Assembly (NCBI RefSeq): GCF_900079115.1 | Contig: NZ_LT549890.1 | Span: 420,001-452,000 of the forward strand | Origin: Saccharolobus solfataricus | Lineage (GTDB): Archaea; Thermoproteota; Thermoprotei_A; Sulfolobales; Sulfolobaceae | DNA: 32,000 nucleotides | Reading direction: 5' to 3' | Part shown: piece after piece, positions 27,521 to 32,000 of the stretch | Layout of the letters: every line of letters begins with the position of its first letter | Position numbering within the stretch: position 1 is the stretch's first letter | Translations under genes and position numbers: made by a program | Notes under the pieces: model-generated | Seen by the model: only the letters and a program-made list of their open reading frames with translations | What the model was told of the DNA's origin: nothing | Database searches by the model: none

Positions 27521-27913
27521 GCAGTCATCTTATTCGATAAGTACCTGTAAAAATATTAAGGTGATGGAGAAATCTCTTCAAGGATTTTTGTAGTCGTTAC
27601 AACGAGTGGACCTGAAGACTTGAGGACGTGTGGGATTGAAAAGACTTATGTGCGAGGACCTCGAGGTTCTTTAGGTAGGCATCATGAACCTCGTAGCCCT
27701 CGCACAACTTATACTATTCGTCCTAAGAAATTTAAACCTTAAGCCCCGAAAGCACAAGCCAGAGGAAATCGCATTAGCCATTGCAGCTTACGTGATGGGA
27801 GTACAGATCACGAAGCTCAATATACCGCCCTCCACGTTGTATTACTACACCAAGAAGCTCGGGGTAAAGAGGAGGAAGGACGCGAGACCGAGATGTCCTT
27901 CCTGCAACTCGGA

Positions 27914-29059
27914 TAGCACTTTACGGTTTTCTCCTCCTCTTGAACAGTTTTTTGATCCCACCCGCCTCACGGTAAATACTTTTTATCAATCTGGCCAACC
28001 TTTTGGCCCCGAGTACCAGACCCGTGGAGTACTTGAAGTATTGGACAACGAGGAGAGAGAGCCTTCAAGGCCACGAAGCCTGAGTTCCTAACCCAAGTCA
28101 AGAAGGACCCACCCTCGAGTCCCAAGGCCTTGAGCTCCCTGATCAAGACCTCGATGTCCCAACGGTTCTCCCAGGTCGTTATGATATCTTCAGCCGTGTC
28201 GTTAAGGTCGGTGGAGAAGAAATACCTCCTCCCGTAACCCTTATAGTCATCTATAACAAGTAACTTTATGGGAGTCCCCAAGTACTCCACCAGGTACTCC
28301 CCTTGGGGGGAACTCGCTAACGGGTACGGATCTACCACCCTCGACGACTCGCGCGCTGGACTTGAGTTCCCCCACAGTATTCCCTTGGAGAGTCCTCGAG
28401 TTCACGTACCACGAGTCGAAGACCTTGGATTTCACATTCAAACCTGAGAGGGAGGAGAGAAACTCCAAGAGGGCATCTATCTTGGTCCTGAACTTCACCT
28501 CCTCACCCCTACGCTTGAGCTCCTCTTCCACCTTTCGGGGTATGTAGGCAATTATGTGGATCACGTAGATCTGGTTGTTCACCAGATCCTTGATGCCAAT
28601 CACAAGGAGTTGGATCGCGGGTTCGAACCTCTTGTGCGCCCTACAGTAGAAGATCTGCGCCCCGTTTCTGGAGACCGGCATGGCCCTAGCGTAGAGCTTG
28701 TGGTCGTGGATGTCGTCCACTATGAGAAGGACAGGATGATCCCCGACTAACTTCTTCACGACCTCGATTAGTTTGGCTTGAGCTGCTTTGTCTAAGTTAT
28801 TCAACACGGTCTCGTAGTCCATCTCGGCCTCCTGAGCTATCTCGGTAGCATTTCTTCCCACAACCGCCCCCAGGACGAGCCTCTTTGCAACGTCCTTCCT
28901 CGTTCCAGTCATGGATAGTATGACCTCGTTAACTGCCTTTTCCAATGCCTTATAGTACTCCTCCCTCGTCAATTCTTTGGTCATACCAAAATTAAAGGCT
29001 CTAATTTTAAAAAGTTTTTATGGGCCTCTTGAACTGCCAGGATTTTCCGATAAATGCTA
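27914..29059 (-). mobile_element. ISC1217-like insertion sequence, copy B, 1146 bp, nested and decayed
   Basis: It has the same termini as copy A. The 6-bp target duplication CTCGGA lies at 27908-27913 and 29060-29065. Confidence 0.85.
27921..28984 (-). pseudogene. ISC1217-like transposase gene with two frameshifts
   Basis: Relative to copy A there is one extra G in a G-run (5 G at about 22462-22466 versus 6 G at 28305-28310). There is also a 2-bp deletion in a GA-rich stretch (GAGGAGGGAGAGAGCC versus GAGGAGAGAGAGCC near 28050-28063). The ORF is split into 245-aa and 123-aa pieces. Confidence 0.85.
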
Positions 29060-29892
29060 CTCGGATCGCGTGATCAAGAACGGTTCGTCCAGAGGAAAGA
29101 GCAAGTACAAGTGCAAGGTCTGCGGGAGGACCTTTTACAGAACTGCGAGTCACAGGATGAGCAGGGAGCAGAGGGAGAGAATCTTGAGGGAGTACACCAA
29201 CAGGATGAGCTTGAGGGGAATATCCAAGGTTGAGGGAAGGCCCTTGACCACGGTCTACAGCTCGGTGAAGAGGGCAGCCTTGAAGGCTTACGTTGACTTG
29301 TCGATCTTGCAAGCCCAATTGAAGGCCTTCAGGTCGAAGTTCGCGGTCCTAGACGAGAGCTGGACTTACGTCCGCGTGAGACGCGGTCCCAGACGACAGA
29401 ACCTCTGGATCTGGAACGCTTTGATCGACGGAGTCCCCTTCTTTGTCACCGGTGACAGGGACTACAACACCTTCCGTCTTCTTTGGCTGTCACTCCCCAA
29501 GTGCGAGGTCCACTACACCGACGACTACCCAATCTATCAAGTCTTGTATCACCACGTTGTGGGCAAGAAGTACACCCACACCGTGGAGAGCTACAACTCA
29601 TTCTGTAGGTCGCACTTAGTTCGGCTAGCTAGGGACACGAAGGCCGTAAACAGGAGCAGGGCGATGATTGACTACAGCCTGGACTTGTTGAACGTCATGT
29701 ACCCGCAAGCTTTCACAGACGAGAAAACTCCCTTGAACTTAGCCTATTTGAGCGGAGTACAGTATATTAGAGATCATCTAATATAATTTTACTAATACTT
29801 ATCGAATAAGATGACTGCATGAGAACACTCCCGTGCGGGCGTTCAGTAATAAATCTTTCGGTCGAATTTTGAGCATAGTATCAGCTACTATT

Positions 29893-29921
29893 GCCACGCG
29901 GACTCTTTCAATCCGCGTGGC
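29893..29921 (-). other. Perfect 10-bp stem / 9-nt loop hairpin 13 nt downstream of the IS110-family transposase stop
   Basis: GCCACGCGGA-CTCTTTCAA-TCCGCGTGGC, read directly. It lies in the 3' non-coding end of the element. Confidence 0.6.
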
Positions 29922-29934
29922 GATTAGGGGAGGG

Positions 29935-30397
29935 TCACTTCACCTCATAAGGCTTATTATTATACCAAACACTCCATCTATACTTGGGCAACTTCCTAGC
30001 TAAGGCAGTGTACAGTTTCCTACCCTTCAGTTTGTCCTTGTGAGCTTCGTAGAACTTAAGGAGAGTTGGGTTACGAGAGTATTGAGTCTCGGCGAGGAAA
30101 TAAAACAAGCTACGCAAATACTTGTTACCCCTCTTGGAGATACCCTTTCTAACCTCAATCCTACCACTCCTCTCAACCACCGGGTCTAAACCGCAATAAG
30201 CAACGAAGGATTCAGGTCTTGGGAAGCGCCTAATATCACCCACAATCCCAATTATAATCCCAGCTGCCAGTTTCCCTATTCCGGGAATCGTGAGTAACAC
30301 GTGGTCTTGAGGCACATTACCCTCTATCATTTTCCTCACCTCCTTCAACTCTTCTCGTGTTTGAAGTAGTATCCTAGCTAGGACTTGAATCTCACGT
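29935..30397 (-). pseudogene. IS110-family transposase, C-terminal fragment
   Basis: LTIPGIGKLAAGIIIGIVGDIRRFPRPESFVAYCGLDPVVERSGRIEVRKGISKRGNKYLRSLFYFLA matches the conserved C-terminal (Transposase_20-type) domain of IS110 transposases. Confidence 0.8.
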
Positions 30398-31766
30398 CAG
30401 TATGGGAATCTCATTTTTTGCGTAAAAAACGAGATGAATGGAATACAGAAAAAGTTGAGAGGATGAGAATTTCTGGAGAAAAGTTTGTATATACGAGGGC
30501 GAACCTGAATATATGAAACATGAGAATACAACTAAACCGGCGAAGTTCAACCGGGACTTCGCCAGGTCCGCCCTCAAGATAATTTACTCGGTCCTCACTA
30601 AAATACTTTTCCCTGAGGAACTCCTCAGTGCCTTGCTTAAGGCGAGTGGGAGCTACTTGAGCAGGTTGGGGAAAGATGGGAGAAGAGCGTTGAGAAAGTT
30701 GAACGCGGTTCAAGTTGAGGACGTGAGGGATGCGTTGAGGAAGATGGGAAGGATGACGTTAAGGGGAGTCAGGGACAGGAGGGTAGCAGTGGACTTCCAT
30801 GCCATACCTCAATATCACGCTGACAAGAGTTTCTTGAGTAGGATAAAGCCAACTAAGGGGACGTCGTGGGGACTGGTTCAAGCTGCGATCTTCCTCCTGG
30901 GGAGGACGAGGAGCTTCTTGGACGTGATCCCAGTGACCGTGAAGAACGTAGCTGAAGGTTTCAAGGCGGTGATGGAGGTAATCGTGAAGGAGTTGGAGGA
31001 GGACAAGCTGAGGCTCGTCATGGTCTTCGCGGACAGGGAGTTCGCGGTGAACGAAGTGATTAGGTTCCTCTTGGAGTTGGGCTTGGACTTCGTCATATCT
31101 GCCAAGGCCCAGATGTACAAGAAGTACAAGGGGATGTTGCAAGATGTGGATGTGAGTTTTGGCGGAGTTAGATATACTGGATTTCTCTGCGTGAGACATG
31201 GGAGTGGAGCTTATCTCATTATTCTGAGGAAGGAAGACGGCAAGATTATTGCCTTCCTCGTGAGGAAGGAGATGGATCTTTATGATGCCATAGTCCTTGC
31301 CGAGATGTATAGGGAGAGGTGGGGGATAGAGAACGCCTTCCGCTCTCTTGAGGAGTTCAGGATCAGGACTAGGACTTGTGACGTGAGGAAGGAATTGGTT
31401 CTCGTTCTGCTTTCCTATCTTCTCTTGAATGTCTGGTTCTTGATCCGCTCTTGGAGGAAGGTAAAGTTGTGGGAGTTCTCGGTCTCCCTCTCGAATCTCC
31501 TCGATCGGGAGGTAAGAGTGGAACAAGAACGCGCGTTCCGTGAAGTGAAGACGTCATTCCCCCAGACTCCAGCTAACCCTATGCACCTCCTTCCAGCTAC
31601 GTGAAATTAATTCTATATATTTATATTCTGCTATTGAAAACTGACTTATTAACTGTCATTTTCATAAAATATATGCAGTTATATTTGAATAAAACTGGTG
31701 CGGTTCAATCTTACATATATTATCATTTATATCAGAAAAATGAGATTCCCATACTGACGTAGTACT
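30398..31766 (+). mobile_element. ISH3/IS4-like insertion sequence (ISC1359/ISC1439 group?), 1369 bp
   Basis: Perfect 21-bp terminal IRs (CAGTATGGGAATCTCATTTTT). They are flanked by the palindromic 4-bp duplication ACGT (30394-30397 and 31767-31770). Confidence 0.75.
30513..31604 (+). CDS. DDE transposase, ISH3/IS4-like
   Basis: 363 aa. Motifs are VAVDFHAIPQY, VFADREFAV and MYRERWGIENAFRSLEEFR, giving a DDE triad with a YREK-like region. Confidence 0.8.
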   Translation: MKHENTTKPAKFNRDFARSALKIIYSVLTKILFPEELLSALLKASGSYLSRLGKDGRRALRKLNAVQVEDVRDALRKMGRMTLRGVRDRRVAVDFHAIPQYHADKSFLSRIKPTKGTSWGLVQAAIFLLGRTRSFLDVIPVTVKNVAEGFKAVMEVIVKELEEDKLRLVMVFADREFAVNEVIRFLLELGLDFVISAKAQMYKKYKGMLQDVDVSFGGVRYTGFLCVRHGSGAYLIILRKEDGKIIAFLVRKEMDLYDAIVLAEMYRERWGIENAFRSLEEFRIRTRTCDVRKELVLVLLSYLLLNVWFLIRSWRKVKLWEFSVSLSNLLDREVRVEQERAFREVKTSFPQTPANPMHLLPAT

Positions 31767-32000
31767 GTACCAGTGTATTCCAGTTGATACAGTTTTACGT
31801 CAGAGAAGTCTCCCTTAGAGAACTTCTCCAATCTCTCCTCGCTCAACTTCTCCTCGTCGCTCACGAGGAAGAGAGCTCTCCTTAACCTGTTCTCTTGTTT
31901 TGTTTGGGCATCCTTCATGAAGAGGTAGAGTGATACTAACTCTTTCAAGGGGTTGTTAACGTATTCTCTAGCATTATTTACCATGTTTTCAAGTTTTTCT
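31767..32000 (-). pseudogene. IS110-family transposase, upstream fragment (open at the window edge)
   Basis: The frame stays open through position 32000 (EKLENMVNNAREYV...). It joins in frame to the C-terminal fragment once the insert and one ACGT copy are removed. Confidence 0.65.

Larger units (their letters stand above)
27684..29786 (+). pseudogene. IS1-family transposase gene split by the nested IS (N-part 27684-27913, C-part 29060-29786)
   Basis: Removing 27914-29065 restores one frame: ...RPRCPSCNSD-RVIKNGSSRGKSKYKCKVCGRTFY... (CxxC..CxxC zinc finger). This is followed by DESWTYV, NLWIWNALID, HYTDDYPIYQ and THTVESYNSFCRSHLVRLARDTKAVNRS, the IS1 InsB-type signature. Confidence 0.8.
27507..29832 (+). 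mobile_element. ISC1173-like IS1-family element, interrupted by a nested ISC1217-like copy
   Basis: Perfect 37-bp terminal IRs (GGGAGTGTTCTCATGCAGTCATCTTATTCGATAAGTA at 27507-27543; reverse complement at 29796-29832). The span is 2326 bp. Subtracting the 1146-bp insert and its 6-bp duplication leaves 1174 bp. The flanks are GTGCGGGTT (left) and GTGCGGGCG (right). Confidence 0.8.
29842..32000 (-). mobile_element. IS110-family element, partial (continues past the window end), interrupted by an ISH3/IS4-like IS
   Basis: Transposase fragments lie on both sides of the 30398-31766 insert. The 3' boundary is uncertain and the element may continue on the far side of the ISC1173-like insertion. Confidence 0.6.

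Noticed and set aside
30387-30412. GAATCTC occurring twice (30387-30393 and 30406-30412) near the left end of the ISH3/IS4-like element, as a possible target duplication
   Set aside because: The second copy is inside the inverted repeat and has no counterpart at the right junction. The ACGT duplication explains the junctions and restores the host reading frame.
30759-31526. A 255-aa antisense ORF inside the ISH3/IS4-like element, and other IS-internal antisense ORFs (30878-31129, 31369-31557, 30411-30713, 30392-30577, 22424-22702, 22711-22905, 28362-28547, 28556-28750, 29007-29318, 25499-25720, 25647-26090)
   Set aside because: The opposite strand carries the DDE or IS1-type transposase motifs. 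The antisense frames are Pro/Leu/Glu/Ser-rich read-through products, as expected from G+C-rich DNA that lacks stop codons.
1-32000. Scan for CRISPR arrays, rRNA and tRNA genes
   Set aside because: There are no regularly spaced direct repeats and no rRNA-like conserved blocks. The intergenic regions contain no cloverleaf-compatible G+C-rich stretch of 70-90 nt. The only G+C-rich non-coding island (27013-27085) is explained by the C/D sRNA.

Overview
This is an AT-rich crenarchaeal chromosome segment of Sulfolobales type. Gene content, TATA-to-ATG spacing typical of leaderless genes, and ISC-type insertion sequences suggest Saccharolobus/Sulfolobus solfataricus or a close relative. That assignment comes from memory and reading only; no database search was run.

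Positions 1-22067 are a densely packed core region. It holds an iron-siderophore/cobalamin-type ABC importer, a phosphate ABC transporter (pstB divergent from pstSCA), a threonine-synthase-like gene, a DUF72 gene and proC. It also holds a translationally coupled pair (polytopic membrane protein plus secreted, internally duplicated protein), a divergent module of three uncharacterised genes, an MTHFR-like gene and a possible PriX-like primase subunit. A putative metal transporter, leuS and a nucleoside hydrolase complete it.

Positions 22068-32000 are an insertion-sequence graveyard. I resolved six IS copies by hand from inverted repeats and target-site duplications:
- Two ISC1217-like copies: one splits an AbrB-type gene after codon 3, the other is nested inside an ISC1173-like IS1-family element.
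- One ISC1058-like IS5-family copy.
- One ISH3/IS4-like element nested inside an IS110-family transposase gene.

Two C/D box sRNA genes absent from the ORF track are readable directly from the sequence, at 8654-8702 and 27013-27085. I recognised no rRNA, tRNA or CRISPR array.

The best candidates for undescribed biology are the divergent 13356-15570 module, the 9612-13375 membrane/surface pair, the repeat-bracketed long-stem C/D sRNA, and the IS-flanked TPR island at 23393-24743. None of these can be given a function from sequence alone.
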